Part shown: one piece after another, positions 11,561 to 24,215 of the stretch
Layout: the number at the start of each line of letters is the position of its first letter
How positions within the stretch are numbered: the stretch's first letter is position 1
DNA from: Camelus dromedarius
Taxonomy: Eukaryota
Assembly: GCF_036321535.1 (NCBI RefSeq)
Contig: NC_087437.1
Location: forward strand, 69,380,001-69,444,000
Direction: 5' to 3'
DNA length: 64,000 nucleotides
Made by a program: the position numbers and the translations under genes
The notes under the pieces: generated by a model
The model's input: the letters and a program-made list of their open reading frames with translations, nothing else
What the model was told of the DNA's origin: nothing
The model's database searches: none

Positions 11561-13239
11561 AGAATATCCCATGGTTGCCCAGAGCCACCTCTCAGAATTA
11601 TTTACTTGGGGGTTTGTTGCTTTATTTTTTTCCTTTTTATAATAGTAAATTTTGCTTTTCAGAAACCAAACAACTGTATTTTGAATCATAATTTGCCATT
11701 GATTCCATTAAAAGTTAAAGGATAAATCCATATGTTTAAAATTTGGAGCCCTTGATCTATCAATAATTTTAACAGCATCTTTTTTCAGCGTAAAGTTTCT
11801 GTACTTTAAAATTAATGTCCCACAATTCTTCTAAAAAGAAAATTGGTAATAAGACAGTGAAACTTCAGAATCTTTGAATATAGTTTAAAAATACGCAAAT
11901 TATAAAGTGATCCACTGAAAATGCTCATATTACTTCTAGCTTACTGATGAGCCTTTAAATCTTTACATTTTCACACACAGTTTCACACAGGTTCACCATT
12001 AGTGCAGATTTTTGGTGCTTAAAGGGACAAATTAGGTTCCTTGCAACTTACTGCTCACCAGTAAAGGTACCTGGGGGTTACACTCACCCAACTGATGAAG
12101 AGGGAAGAATGCTACAAGGAACTAGCATTTATATAAACTTGTAACTCTGAAACCTGTTTCCATGATTTTTATAAGCTTTAAACATTAGTTAGAAGGTTAT
12201 TAAATGCTTAAGTAAACATTTGTAGTATCTAATCAACTCAGAATGGTATCTTTGAAGTTCATTTTACTTCTGTAGTTTCTTTGAAGTTTTATTTTGTCTC
12301 GAAACAAAATTCTCTAAATTAAATCTCTGCCTTAATAGGGTAAATGGTAAAAGTGAAATTGCATAGTGAATATGCTTAGAAGAACTTCAGTCTGTATGGA
12401 TTAGTTTCTCAATTACCTCCTTCTCTATGCTGTTTAAAATTGGGTTTTCCTTCTGTTCTGATTTTATCAGGGAATATTATGGTACTGTCATAAACAGAAA
12501 GAAAACCTTCACCTTTAGCATCTTAAAAATTTGCTCAGAGGGTAGCTTTCTCATCACTCCTGAATCATTTTGCACCTAAAACTGAACTTCTGTGCATCTT
12601 TCCAAATGGTTGATCATAAGCATTCTTTCAATTCCAACTTCCATTTATTTGATATCACAACACACACGGTTCATTATTTCCCAGAAGTACTAGACTGTGA
12701 ATTGCCTCATGGCTGCTCAACAATCTGTGTCAAGCAATAAAATCCTGCGTCACTGGATTGGGTAAAAGCCTCCTTCCTTGGCATTCTTTTCATAGTCTTT
12801 ATCACAATCAGAATCCAACTGTAACCTGACTTCTCTCTTCTATTACACGTGATGAAGCACAATCAGAATAGTGACACAAACTTTAACCCATAAAACCAAG
12901 GGCTCCTGCTGTGAACCCTCTCCCCTTATCCTTCACATTTTGTTTTGTCTAAAGATAAGGGCTGGTAGGCAGCAGAGTCCTCATTAAACAAAAAGGGTTA
13001 TGGACCTCTTTCTTCAAGATAAATTCTGTCCCCAAGTTACTTGTCATTGTTATGCCAGATTGATTAGTTCATTCAAGTCCAGGACCCAAATCTGGGACAT
13101 CTAATAAGAACTGTCATATACACATAAAATCAGCACATTGCTGCCCACTACCGTATTTCAGCTGTGGATAGTGAATCAGCCCATATTATTCTCTTTTCAA
13201 ATTCTCAGTATTTAAAAAGAAATTTAATTTTTCATATAT

Positions 13240-13290
13240 ATTTACATTGAAGTATAGTCAGTTTACAATCTCGTGTCAATTTCTGGTATA
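13240..13290 (-). mobile_element. Very short young L1 3' terminus (camelid-type)
   Basis: 'attgaagtatagtcagtttacaat...gtgtcaatttctgg' is nearly identical to 25924-25960. Confidence 0.75.
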
Positions 13291-13934
13291 TTTATTTTAA
13301 ATACCCTAAAAGCCTTTGGCTTTCCCATGTTTGGGGGTTGGCAGAGTCTAAAGTCAATCTCACTTAGTACAATCCTGGTTATTTTTTTTTGATAATCTGT
13401 CTTGGACTTTTCATCCATATTTAGAAGTTGTCTCTACTACTGATCTATACCATGAATTTATGTTGGCAAATCATCATCATCAACATCACCATCACATATA
13501 AAACATGGGACACTAAAGCCTGATATGTATCACTTATTTCTAAACAGTTTCCTATTAAGTGGATAGTCAAAAAAAAAAATCCCAAAATCGATTTGTTCAA
13601 TTTGAGACTCGAGACTAAGGACTCATTGATCCCTCCCTGTTTGCTGTTCTTTGGGCTCCACCTGAACTCTTCTCAGTTCTCCAGAATTAAAGTCCCTCCC
13701 CCCACAAATATGTATAAACATATACACACACACTGAAGCCACAGTGCATGCAAAGGACAACTCAGTTTGAACCTTACTACTTTAAATAATCACATGTGTA
13801 TTAAAAAAAAAAACTGGAAAACTATATGCATGGAGGAAAAAACGAATAAAAATACACATGCTTCTAAACATAGAGTAGAATTTGGAGAGAGTATTTATAT
13901 AAAAATAATTGAGAACAATATTTGAGAAAATTTT

Positions 13935-14305
13935 ATATACATTCATAATAAAACATTTGGTAAACTAGGATTAAAAAGGAACTTTTTAACCTCATAAAAG
14001 AAATCTACTGAAAATATAGCAAAGTACTCAATGGTGAAGTATTGACTTGAAAGTCAGTAATGACACAAAGATTCCAGATACCACATCACATTGAAAGCAT
14101 CATAGTTAGTCCTATAAGACAAGAAAGAGAATAAAAGGCGTGAAGATTGGAAAGTGAGAAATAAAGCTCTTATTATTTGTAGAAAATATGATCGTCTACA
14201 TAAAACAGGAGGATTTATATACTATCAGAACTATAAAATAATGTAGGAAAGTGGTTGGATACAAAATCAATATATAAAAATCAATTGTGTTTGTATACTT
14301 CGGCA
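13935..14305 (+). mobile_element. Old L1 ORF2 reverse-transcriptase fragment
   Basis: From 14131 it translates IKGVKIGK*EIKLLLFVENMIVYIK, versus L1 ORF2 IKGIQIGKEEVKLSLFADDMIVY. It has an in-frame stop and a degraded FADD motif. Confidence 0.85.
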
Positions 14306-15879
14306 CAAAGAACACATTTCTGTATTTCTTCTCAGGTAGCTTTAGTGGTACTTGCATACAATGACTAGGGCCTGGATGCTTAACTTGCAAAGTGATGAGG
14401 ATTCCAGGGCAGAAGGCAAAAGGAGCAGCATGTAGAGGAGTTTATTTGGGAGCACGAAAGAGCAGCAGGAGTTACTGGAACTAGTTTTCAGTATGGGTGG
14501 GAATGAGCCAAGGAAAGGACATGAATGGATGGGAGCAGGGTAGTCTTGGCTGAAGTGATATGTAATAAAGAGGTGGAGACTAGGGCCAACACAGAATTAC
14601 AAGTGTCAGGGAATGATCAGAGGCCTCAGGGAAGGAGGTGAGTTTATTGGCTTGCTAGGCAACACCAGCAAAGAAATTCACTGAGTAGGTCACTGAAGGG
14701 AAATGTTAGGTGTTTATAAGTAATGGAAGTTGGGGATTCATGGTGTTTATGCTAATTGAGGATGAAAAGCTAGGACCATGGATAAGATAAAATGAGTCCA
14801 TCAGGCTCTACAAATTTGATTAAAATAAGTTCCACTTTTCATTGGTCAGAAATGAGTCTTCATTTGGTCCGGTAAAGCTCTGGGGGTTGGGGGAAAGGAG
14901 TCCCTTAAAGTTCACGGTGCTTTAACAGTTTCAGTTGGTTAGATGAGTTGCAGTGAAGCAGCATTTGGTTTCTGTATCTCCTGGGCAAGTGCCTTAGTCA
15001 ATGGAACATTTTGCTCTTACAAAAGTAATGTGGGGTGACTAGATCTAGATTAAAAGCCATTTTAAAGGGTCTGTTAACCTGTAGGCAACAGAAGGCACTG
15101 TAGTGCTCCAAGAAGAGAATGGCACAGACAGCCTTCCGCCCTGGGGGCTGGGGCACTCTGGCAGCTGTGCAGAGAGGAGGGTCCTGATAGGAATCACAGA
15201 GGGGAGTTGACTGTCCATGACTCTTCCAAAGAGAAATCAATTTACCTTTGTGAAAAGACACTAAGGCACAAAAATGAGGACACAGTCCCTGCCTTCCCGA
15301 GAAGTGTTAACATTTTGAATGTTTGGATGAGCTTGATATAAAGCGGGAGGCAAGGCTGTTTTTAAATCTGTACTTGCTGGTGCCGCCTGAGCTTTACTGG
15401 GGCCTGAAGGAGGCTCTTTTGGGAATGGCAATTAACAGTCTAGGCACACGCCAGGAGCCAGTGCATGCAAATGAAAAACAAACAAACCTGAAGGTGGGAT
15501 GGCGAGAAGGAGGTGCAGCAGGGAGGGACAGAGAGCAGATGAAACAGCGAACCCACCCATCCGGTGAATTCTTCTCTGCTCTCGTTTCCAAACTGGCACA
15601 GGCTTAGCTGAGCGTGCACCTCCCTTGTTAATCTCCTTCTTGCATCCCTGTTTTTGTGGCTGTCAGAACTCCATATTATGCAAATTGGGTTTAAGCAATT
15701 AAGGCAATAATGTTTCCCTTGAAAAGTCTGACAAGGTGGTGGGAGCTTGGACTGAATTTTATAGACAGGAGCTTGGATGCTTATTTACCTACAAATAGAG
15801 GAACAAGAGAAGGGAAAACACTGCAGCATCAGCCTTACCTGACCTGTGCTGCTGATTTTCTTGCTTTTCCTCGGTTGTT

Positions 15880-16045
15880 TCACAGGAGAACAAAGGGTCA
15901 TTCCACAGCATTAGCGGGTGGTAAATTTAGAACAAATGAACACTTTTCACAAGATATAGAGATAACCTGTTGAATTGCTACTGCAAAAGGCCATGGAATC
16001 AAGTCTTTGGGCAGATTTTAAAGGGGACTAGGCAATTTCATGACA
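15880..16045 (+). mobile_element. CR1-clade LINE fossil (extreme ORF2 C-terminus)
   Basis: RRTKGHSTALAGGKFRTNE, then after frameshifts NLLN and GLGNFM. Compare the CR1 pattern RTRGH..KL...FRT...NLWN...GLD.FM. Confidence 0.65.
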
Positions 16046-17084
16046 ACATTTGAAGCCAGTCTGTGTTTCCTGTTTGAGGTCACGAGCTGATTGTCTTGTA
16101 GCTACAGAGAAGCAAGGCCAGAAGGCTGGACTTTGTCTTCAGTAAACCAAAATGCACAGTAGATGAGAATGTCACAGTTACTTTCCTTTGAAAAGTCCAC
16201 TGTCATTAGGAAACTAGATATGATGCATCAGATTCTCAACTGGAAATAGCAGACTCCACATTTCTGTTCCTAGGAGAATAGTACCCAGATGATGCTGTGC
16301 CCAGCTTGAGCACGTGGCCAAAAAGAAACCCTCTTACCTTGCCAGAAATAGTTTTTTAAATATCCTTTGCTAAAATCCCCATATATGACTGTGAATATTT
16401 CCCTTCTCCCAGCAGTGTGGTTGAGGCTTTTCCAAATGTCAAAGTATCAGTAGGAAATGATGCCCACTCTCATAATAAATTCCTGGCATTTATTAACTGT
16501 TCAGCCTTTCATGAGTGGATCAACAGGTGATCAGAAAATACTTACTATGCATTTAGCTGAGCGTGTGTGTGAGTGAGAAGAGAAAGTTGGAAAGTGAGAC
16601 TGAATAGCAGTAAAAATATAAGGTGTCTTTCTCCTAATTGTTAATTATTCTATCACCATAGCCCTTATTTCTGGCTCCTTATACACACCTTTTCAGTTTC
16701 CCTCACGTGGAAAGCTCTATCATTTTTCCAAGATTCCTCTTTCTAAAAGTACAATCCCTGTCACCCAACATCAACATCCATACTCTCACTTTCCCTTAAT
16801 TCTCTAAATTTCTGAGTATCATCAGTGGTTGCTGGAACCACTTCCTCCCTTCCATACATTCCTCAAAGAATAGAATTCTGATCTCTGCTCCCTGAAATAA
16901 TTTTCTTAAAAAAAAAAAAAGCCAAACACACAATTCAATATTATTTGCCCAGGCTAATCAAGTCCTTTGGATCTCACTCTGCTTGATTGCTCTATAGCAT
17001 TTCACACTGTTAGCCTTCTTGAAACTTTGGCTTGCCTTCAACTCATCTGTCTGATGATTCTCTTTCTCACTGTTCTTCATTCTG

Positions 17085-17410
17085 TTTATCCATTTATTCA
17101 CTCATTCCTTCATTCATTTATTCTAGTAAACATGCATTAGATTTCTACTCTATGCTAAGAATTGTGATATATTCTGGGACTACAAGATTTTGAAGACCCA
17201 GTCCCAGCTTTAAGGAAACTTTATGTCAATGGAGATAAAATAAATGCAAATGAATTAGCATCATGTAGCCAGTTAAGTGTAATGATAGTACAAATATGAT
17301 TGGAGGCAGAGAGAAAGCACAGGTATCTGGTGGGGTTAAGTATCAGGAAAGCATCTTGAAAGAAGTGACAACTGAGTTGAATTTAAAAATTTTAAGAGCA
17401 AGTTGACCAA
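17085..17410 (-). mobile_element. L2 3' fragment nested in the older L2
   Basis: 'ttattcactcattccttcattcattta...ctactctatgctaaga...ctgggactacaag...tcaggaaagcatcttgaaagaagtgacaactgagttga'. Confidence 0.75.
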
Positions 17411-18218
17411 GTGTCTCATAAAAATAGATGTTGCCCAAGTTTTCCTGCTCAGCCTTCTTCCCACTCAGCTCCAGACTTCCTATAGCTTTAACCCTGGAAA
17501 AACACTGATGATATACACCTCAACAGTAATTTCTAATGAGCTTTGACTTTCTAATAGAAATCCCCATCCAGATTTCTAACTTCTTGGTGGAAACGTCTCT
17601 AAATTTCCTTCTCTAGATAGCACACCTAAATATTACCCCTGCCCACATATCTTCCTTTTGGCTAGAGTGTCCAATCCAAGTTAATAATAGACTCTTTCAT
17701 TCAGTCAATGAAACTTGAAACCATGGAGGCATTTTGAGGTTCTCATTCTTCTGCTTCAAACTACACAACACATTGGTCACCAACTTCTAGAAATTCTATC
17801 TCCCAAAGGAACATCAAATCTGTTTTCTCCTTCGTAGCCCCACAGCCATGATCGTCACCATATCTTATTATGAATAGTGACGACTTCCCGTCCGATCTGC
17901 CTGAATTTACTCTCACAGAAATGCTTACAAAGGAAGGTCCGTGCATTTTTTTTTGACATTTTATTCCTCATCCTTTTCTTTTCAACATCATCTCCCCTCA
18001 TTCTTTCATTCCTATCTTGCACGTCACCCGTACCAGATGGCTTCTGCTTACCTGCATAAGTTATTTTTGTCCGTATCTACAAGCCATTTCTCAGTGTTCC
18101 TTCTTGTGTAACAACCTCCTCCCTTTCTCTGACTGATGAAATTTAATTTATTCTTCGTGCTCCAGTTTAAATGCCATCTTACTATAATTCTCTAGGAAGG
18201 GTTAAGTACTTTCTAGGC

Positions 18219-18273
18219 AGATAGATAGATAGACAGACAGACAGACAAACAGATATAAAAATAGAGATAGATA
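18219..18273. repeat. (GATA)n/(GACA)n microsatellite
   Basis: Read directly. Confidence 0.85.
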
Positions 18274-20199
18274 TACTTTAATTTATCCAGCTTTATATAT
18301 TAAAACAGTAACATGCACCATTTTATAATAAAGCTGGCCATGTGTGTGTCCTGCCCACTAGACTGCATCCACTTGAGGGAAGGCCTGGGTCTTGTACTAC
18401 TGCTCAGGAGAGGCCCAAAAGCTCATCTGTAGAATGAAAGTATGGTTCCTCTGGCTCTCAGTTTCCTAGTGTTCTTCTGAAGAACCAGAGGTTCTCATTA
18501 TTAAGAATAATCTGAAATCGATGGCTTAATATTGGAACAGAAGAATTAAGATTGTACTAAGAAAAGACACCAATCCAAATGATTTGGATACAAAATCTGC
18601 TGCCCAGTCTAGAGAGTGAAATAGGGAAGGCTTTGAAGAGTTGGCGCAGTGCTTTAAGCAATCTTTAGTTTAATACGCTGAGTCTGTAGAGTTGTAACTT
18701 ATCCAATCTAGCTGAGTAAGGTGAGTTTGTATACTTCATACTAGTTTGTAAACCATGATTGCCTGGCACTGTAGTTTAAAAAAAATGATATTGTCTGCAT
18801 CTTGAAGCAGCTGGCTCTACGTGAATATTGGAGGTGAGGCATTTCGAAGGAGTAACAAGGACAAAGTTATAAATTCTATGCTTAGAGTCTACATTCTTGC
18901 AGTCTGTTTGCATCTCTCCCAAAGCCATCCTGGTTTTTCCAGGATGGAAAGGGCAAACAGAGACAAGGGTAGCATCGAGGGGTGGGTGATGGAACCCAGA
19001 TGGAGTGTGTGTGTATGTGTGTATGTGTGTGTGTCAGAGGGGGAGTTACTTTTGTTTCAGGGCTGGCCAAAGGACCCTATTTATCAGCGACCACTGCTTA
19101 AGAGTACTTGTTATTTGGAATAGAGATGCACGGCCTCTAGTCTTCCTTTAATTTAATGGACCTCTTAGGAAGCATACAGCTTGACCCATAAGGGAAGAGA
19201 ATAACAGAAGGAGAGACCATGGCAATGAAAAACCCAGGCAATGGAAGGCTTTCCGAGTTAATCAACATTAGCAGGGATGTGGCCAAAAAGGGTATGGGAG
19301 CCCAAGAAGGAGGTGAGATCTTGAATGAGGGAGTGCCTGGAGAGAGGCTGATCCAAAGGAGAAAGAAGACTGCTGGAAAGAAGGAATGAAAAAAGGGAGA
19401 GGAAGGAAGATACATCATCCCCTTTGAAATTTTACCCAAGGCAAGCACTGCCTTTTATTTTGGCTACATATGGTAAGTCAGATTTCTAAAAAGGAAAAAC
19501 TCCTGCTATGTTTTTGTTCCTAAAATTCTCTTCCTGACCCAATACAATTTTCATCAAAAATTGAAATTTTATTCTGGCAATGATAGCTGAAATGGAAGTC
19601 CCTGAAAATGAATATGATCACTTAGGTAGTATACTGGGGAGAAATACAATGAATGCTCTTATTAATTATGATCTACTTGAGATAGGACTCAAATATTTCC
19701 ATCTGCCACTGGTAAATTTGCATGAAATAAATGGGTTTAGTAGAACTATTGTCAATTCAATTCATGTCCAACTTATTGATAGTTGGACGCAGTATTAGAG
19801 TCTTTAGATAAAGGAGATGAATAAGACAACATCACAATCAAATATTTGCAGAGGACTTACTAGAGCCAGAAATTATGTTCTAGTCGATAAAACAGAATGG
19901 AACCTAACACCACCATAGCTAAGGATGGAACTTTTCTCCTGGAGTACTTACTAGCAGCAAAACTCAATAGTTAGATTGCATATTTTTGGCTACCTAATTT
20001 AATTATATTTGTGTTAAATTAATTAACACTAATATGACAAAATGATTTGATTGGAAATATTAAAATAGATTTTAATATTAGAAAGTCTGAAAAAGATAGT
20101 TGAATCAGTGAAGGCACAACCAGGGAAACATAAAACTCTCAAAGCATTTAAATAAAGGAAATTAAATCCAAAAGATGTGTTACACAGGTGATAGAATTG

Positions 20200-20515
20200 T
20201 GAGAAGCCAATCAGAGGGCACTGAGGCAACCCAGAGATTAGCATTAACTTTGGAGACAATGAGAAGGATTAGGGTTACCAGAGCCAAGGGACTGATCTCC
20301 AGAGGAGATGTAGCCACAGCCAAAGATGGTGAGCAGAGCAGAGACAAAGGGAGAGAGACACCCTGGCCTCTCCCATGCCCCTGTCCTCTCATTTTCTGCC
20401 AGTGCTTCTCACTGAATGAGGGAACGTAGCTGACAGGGGAGCCTGGGAAACGCAGCCTGTACCAGTCACTCACAGTGACTCAGAAGAGAAGGGGAGAGTG
20501 AGGAATGGCTCTTAG
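20200..20515. mobile_element. Old ERVL-type LTR fragment (LTR33/LTR41-like)
   Basis: 'gaggcaacccagagattagca' and 'ctgccagtgcttctcactg...caggggagcctgggaaacgcagcc' resemble recalled LTR33/41 motifs. Confidence 0.5.
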
Positions 20516-20518
20516 GGT

Positions 20519-20863
20519 TGTTAACAGATAAACTGAGGCATATTAAAAGATTTTAAGAATTTATCTGAGCAAAAGTTGATCGGAATTGGGCCATGCCACA
20601 CCAGAAGTGATTAGAAGCGTTCCATCTGACAGAGCTGGGGAAAAAATTTTGTGGAGAAAAAGTGGAAGCAAAGCAAGGAAATTATTGATTGACTGTAGTT
20701 TAAAACCTACTTGGTTATTTGTGATTGGCTGTCCTTAGGTTTTAGGTTCCTAACCTTGAAGTATTTACAGCCTTAGATTTTGATTTGTCACCAAACTAAA
20801 CTCAAATGCCTTGGTATTAAAGCCGTCTCAGTCTAATAGCCTCCTTGTTTAATTAATTTAACA
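20519..20863 (-). mobile_element. Solo ERV LTR (ERV1-like, 345 bp)
   Basis: Starts TGTTAA and ends TTAACA (inverted termini). Flanks GGGT/GAGT form a 4-bp TSD with one mismatch. Internal 'gattggct' is a CCAAT box on the minus strand. Confidence 0.75.
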
Positions 20864-22904
20864 GAGTAAGGAGAGCCAAGAACTGGCAGCGAGGTGTGTA
20901 TTCCCGCAGATCTACTTTAAACCAAGAACATGGATTGTCTGTGGTATTCTTTACACAGCCCTTTTATGTTGTCCCACGTCTGAACCGTAAACAATGACTC
21001 GCTGAGTATAAAGCAAGGTGGAGGGGAGGTTGGGAGGAGTCCCTCAAGGAACGCCCCACATCAGCACTGCAGTCTGAGTCCTTGACACTGTGGTGCTTGA
21101 GATCCACAGGAGCTAAGAAAAAAAATTGCTTTTCTCTGCATGTCCGTTCCACTGTCAGCACTGTAGACTGCTCTCTGCATTTCTCTCTAGATGTCATGTG
21201 GAGGCCACGTGCGTTTGGCCATCTGTAGCTCAATACACTCTGGTTTAGGCAGAAAGATCTTGTATCCATTTCCTAACGGCCAAGCTATTATCACTTCTCA
21301 CCCTTTCTCTCTCTCACGTCCCCAGCTTCTTCCTATTATGATGCAGTTTTTTTTTTTTTTCATGCTGACTTCTTTCTTGCCAGTGGGAGGGGTCTTGCTT
21401 TAGGAATGGCCAGTTCCCATTACAAACTGAATGCAGCTACTAAAGGCTTTCAGGTTTCTGTCTGAAACTCAGCATGACTTTGTTATAAAAGGAAACACTG
21501 TGCACCACAAAAGAGTAGATGTAGGACTGAACTGGGGTCAGTAAAGAGAAGACTGTGCAGCTAGTGATAGTACGGCATTTAATTCAACTCCTAAAGAATG
21601 TTACTGTTACTAACTTGTTGTTTTAGCCAGGGTTTTAATGTTTAGCTTTTATGGTTTTGTATTTTTCCTTTCACCTTAATGGTTGGATGGTGTAGGCTGA
21701 AGAGTGGAAAGGTTTAGGTGTATTTTCCTATGTTCTGTTAGCCAGGCTTTCAAGTCTTCTCCAGCTTTTGTTTTTAATATGAATTTGATCAAGTTCCAAT
21801 CCACAAATGAATTATATTGTTGCAAAAGGGCATCAGCCTTTATCTAGCAGTGTCTGACTTGCAGTAAGCATCCTTTCCTTTTCTTTTCCTTTCTTTTTGT
21901 AAATATAAAATCTTTTTACAAGAGTTATCAGGTCTCTCAGATGAGGAGCATTTCATTTAAATCTGAGAAACCATCACATTATAAGACAAATGATGCCCTG
22001 CTTTTCCAACACAATTAAAGACTCCAAGCCTTATGCCTCTGTGATAAGTAACTCCAGAGATGGAAACTTTGAGGAAGAGACTGTCTGAGTTCAAATCCTC
22101 CCCTTAACCTGAACAACAGAGGGAAAAAATGAGACAATCAAGAGTCACATCACCTTTTTATGGGAGATAGAAGACTGCCTTATAATTTCTGGTCAAACTA
22201 GAACAAATCAAATGATTGCAAGCTCAGAAGTCTTATTTTGTAAAATGCGAAAATAGTGTCCATAGCTCATGATTTTAATAAGGACTTCCTGAGTTCATGT
22301 GTGTGGAAGTGCTTTACAAACACTAAAGCATTATAAAGATAAAAAGATTTTAACATCACCCTCACCCTCATTTCTAATTGCACAAGAAACTATACCATGG
22401 GGTTTATTCTGTCACAGTGCGGTGGTTGGCATATCACTACAAAAGTTATCGAATTAAATGGTAGTGGAAACACTTCTAATACTAGTATAACATTTAGTTT
22501 ACCTATTACATTTACTAGGTAAAAGAAAGTAGGCTGGAAATTAGTCTCTGGCTGAGACAGCTTTGTTCATCAGCCAGGCTTTCAGAGCTGAAACGGTTCT
22601 TAATGATCACCTATTCCAGTATCTTGATTGCTTCATAAACAAACAAACACCCCTGAAAACCAGAGGAGAATGACACAGAACCATTACCAAAGTTGTAGCA
22701 GAAATGCTGGAAATGATGGAGGAGAGAAACTGTTCATTTGCCTGCTCTTGCTGACTCATGCACTTAATTCTCTTCTTTAATTTTCCATCTTTCCAGGTGT
22801 CACTTATTGGCAATATTTTCATATGCCTTCGTCTTTTCCAACTCATTCTCTCCAATTTCACCCCCCAACATATTGAGAAATAAAGATAAAGAGAGTGAAA
22901 TTGA

Positions 22905-22928
22905 AAACAAACAAACAAACAAACAAAC
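22905..22928. repeat. (AAAC)6 microsatellite
   Basis: Read directly. Confidence 0.9.
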
Positions 22929-23384
22929 AAAAAAACCTCAGGCAAAGAGATGGAAAAGGAAGGAAAGGTTTACTGGAAATGTTTGAAAATTTTAGAGAAG
23001 TGATGAGGGTGGCTGGGTAGAGAGGCTGATGATTAAAAAGAAGAAGATTGGATGCTAGGGTCTGGAACAGATATCTGATATTTCATCCTATACATACTCT
23101 TGTTCCATTTCCTTCCAACCGAGGTTCATCCCTGTGTTACCACCATAGCGAAAAGGTGTTTCTTAAGCCACCTCTCACTGAGAGGAACAATTAGAAAGTC
23201 TCTGATAAAGCCTTTGTTTAGTTCATGAATTATCATATTAATACTTCATCTAATGTCATGTGTTCTCATAGTTCTAACAGTCATCAAGTCGTGGAAGCCA
23301 TGCTCATGTTTTTGTTACCCACCCCCCAAAAAATCTTCCCATAATAGAATATTTTTTAAAAATTTAAGTTCATGTCTGTCATCT

Positions 23385-23550
23385 CATCTTTCCTCACAGT
23401 GATTCAGAAATTAAACAGATATTTTTGACTCTGTTTTACAGATTAAAAAAGCTAGGGCCTGTGGATATTATGCAACTGGATATCACACAGCAAGTTCATA
23501 ATGTATAAGTAAGTGATGCAGGAGTTAAACCTGATTCCTGAACCAAATAA
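23385..23550 (-). mobile_element. MIR fragment
   Basis: 'ctgttttacagattaaaaaagctagggc...tcacacagcaagt'. Confidence 0.6.
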
Positions 23551-23897
23551 TCAGGGTATGACTGAACAGGATCCAGAGACGTGGTTTGAACATTTTTAAC
23601 ATTTACCATACTTTCTAAAAATTTTCATAGTTTAGAAAATACGTCCTTAGAGGCCCCTGAAAAGCCCTGAAATATGTCATTGGCTACTTAGAGAAATATC
23701 CCGCAGGAATGTTGGGAAAATGAGACAACGCAGAAAGCCAGGTTCAGACCAGAGTAGCTAAAACAAGAAACCAGACCATGGAGACATCGGTTCCATTTCT
23801 CAAGCTAAGCTGCCTGGTTGACCATGGGACTCAGTGAGGCTGGTTGGTATCCAGAATTTAAGTGGTATCCCCAGCTGCTCAAATCATTTTGTCTCCC

Positions 23898-24025
23898 CAA
23901 GGTTGTTAACCTTCCTTGGACTGCAGACCTATTTAGGAATCCCCCCAAAATGTGTGGTCATGAGAATTCACACAATAACTATTTCATTCACTATCAGGAA
24001 TTCACAGACTTCCTAAAACCTGTTT
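23898..24025. mobile_element. hAT-type non-autonomous DNA transposon fragment
   Basis: 'caaggttgttaacctt...cagacctatttaggaatc...tcaggaattcacagacttcctaaaacc' resembles old hAT MITEs. Subfamily uncertain. Confidence 0.45.
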
Positions 24026-24029
24026 ATAT

Positions 24030-24215
24030 ACTGTTTCTCAGTGTGTGCCCCTTAGACCAGTTCATCAGAACTAGAGTGCTGGCTTATTAAAATGCAGATT
24101 CCTGATTCTCATCCCAAACCCATCAAAACAGTCTCTGTGTATGGAGTCTAGGAATTTGCATTTTAACAAGTCCAATGGCTGATTCTTATGCAGTCTCAAG
24201 TTTAAGAATCTATGG
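24030..24215. mobile_element. MER5A/B hAT-Charlie MITE
   Basis: 'ttattaaaatgcagattcctg...aggaatttgcattttaacaag...tgattcttatgca...aagtttaagaatc'. Confidence 0.85.

Larger units (their letters stand above)
16860..18440 (+). mobile_element. L2 LINE (RT region to 3' end), interrupted by a second L2
   Basis: ~16973 translates LTLLDCSIAFHTVSLLE (L2 LLDLSAAFDTVDH). ~17424 translates IDVAQVFLLSLL (GVPQGSVLGPLL). The 3' end motif 'cccactagactg...ttgagggaagg' lies at ~18355. Confidence 0.75.

Noticed and set aside
12093..12150. C/D-box snoRNA (TGATGA...CTGA)
   Set aside because: No terminal stem or recognisable guide; the motifs are expected by chance.
23552..23669. CAGGG...CCCTG as a hAT MITE
   Set aside because: Only 5-bp terminal complementarity and no matching 8-bp TSD.
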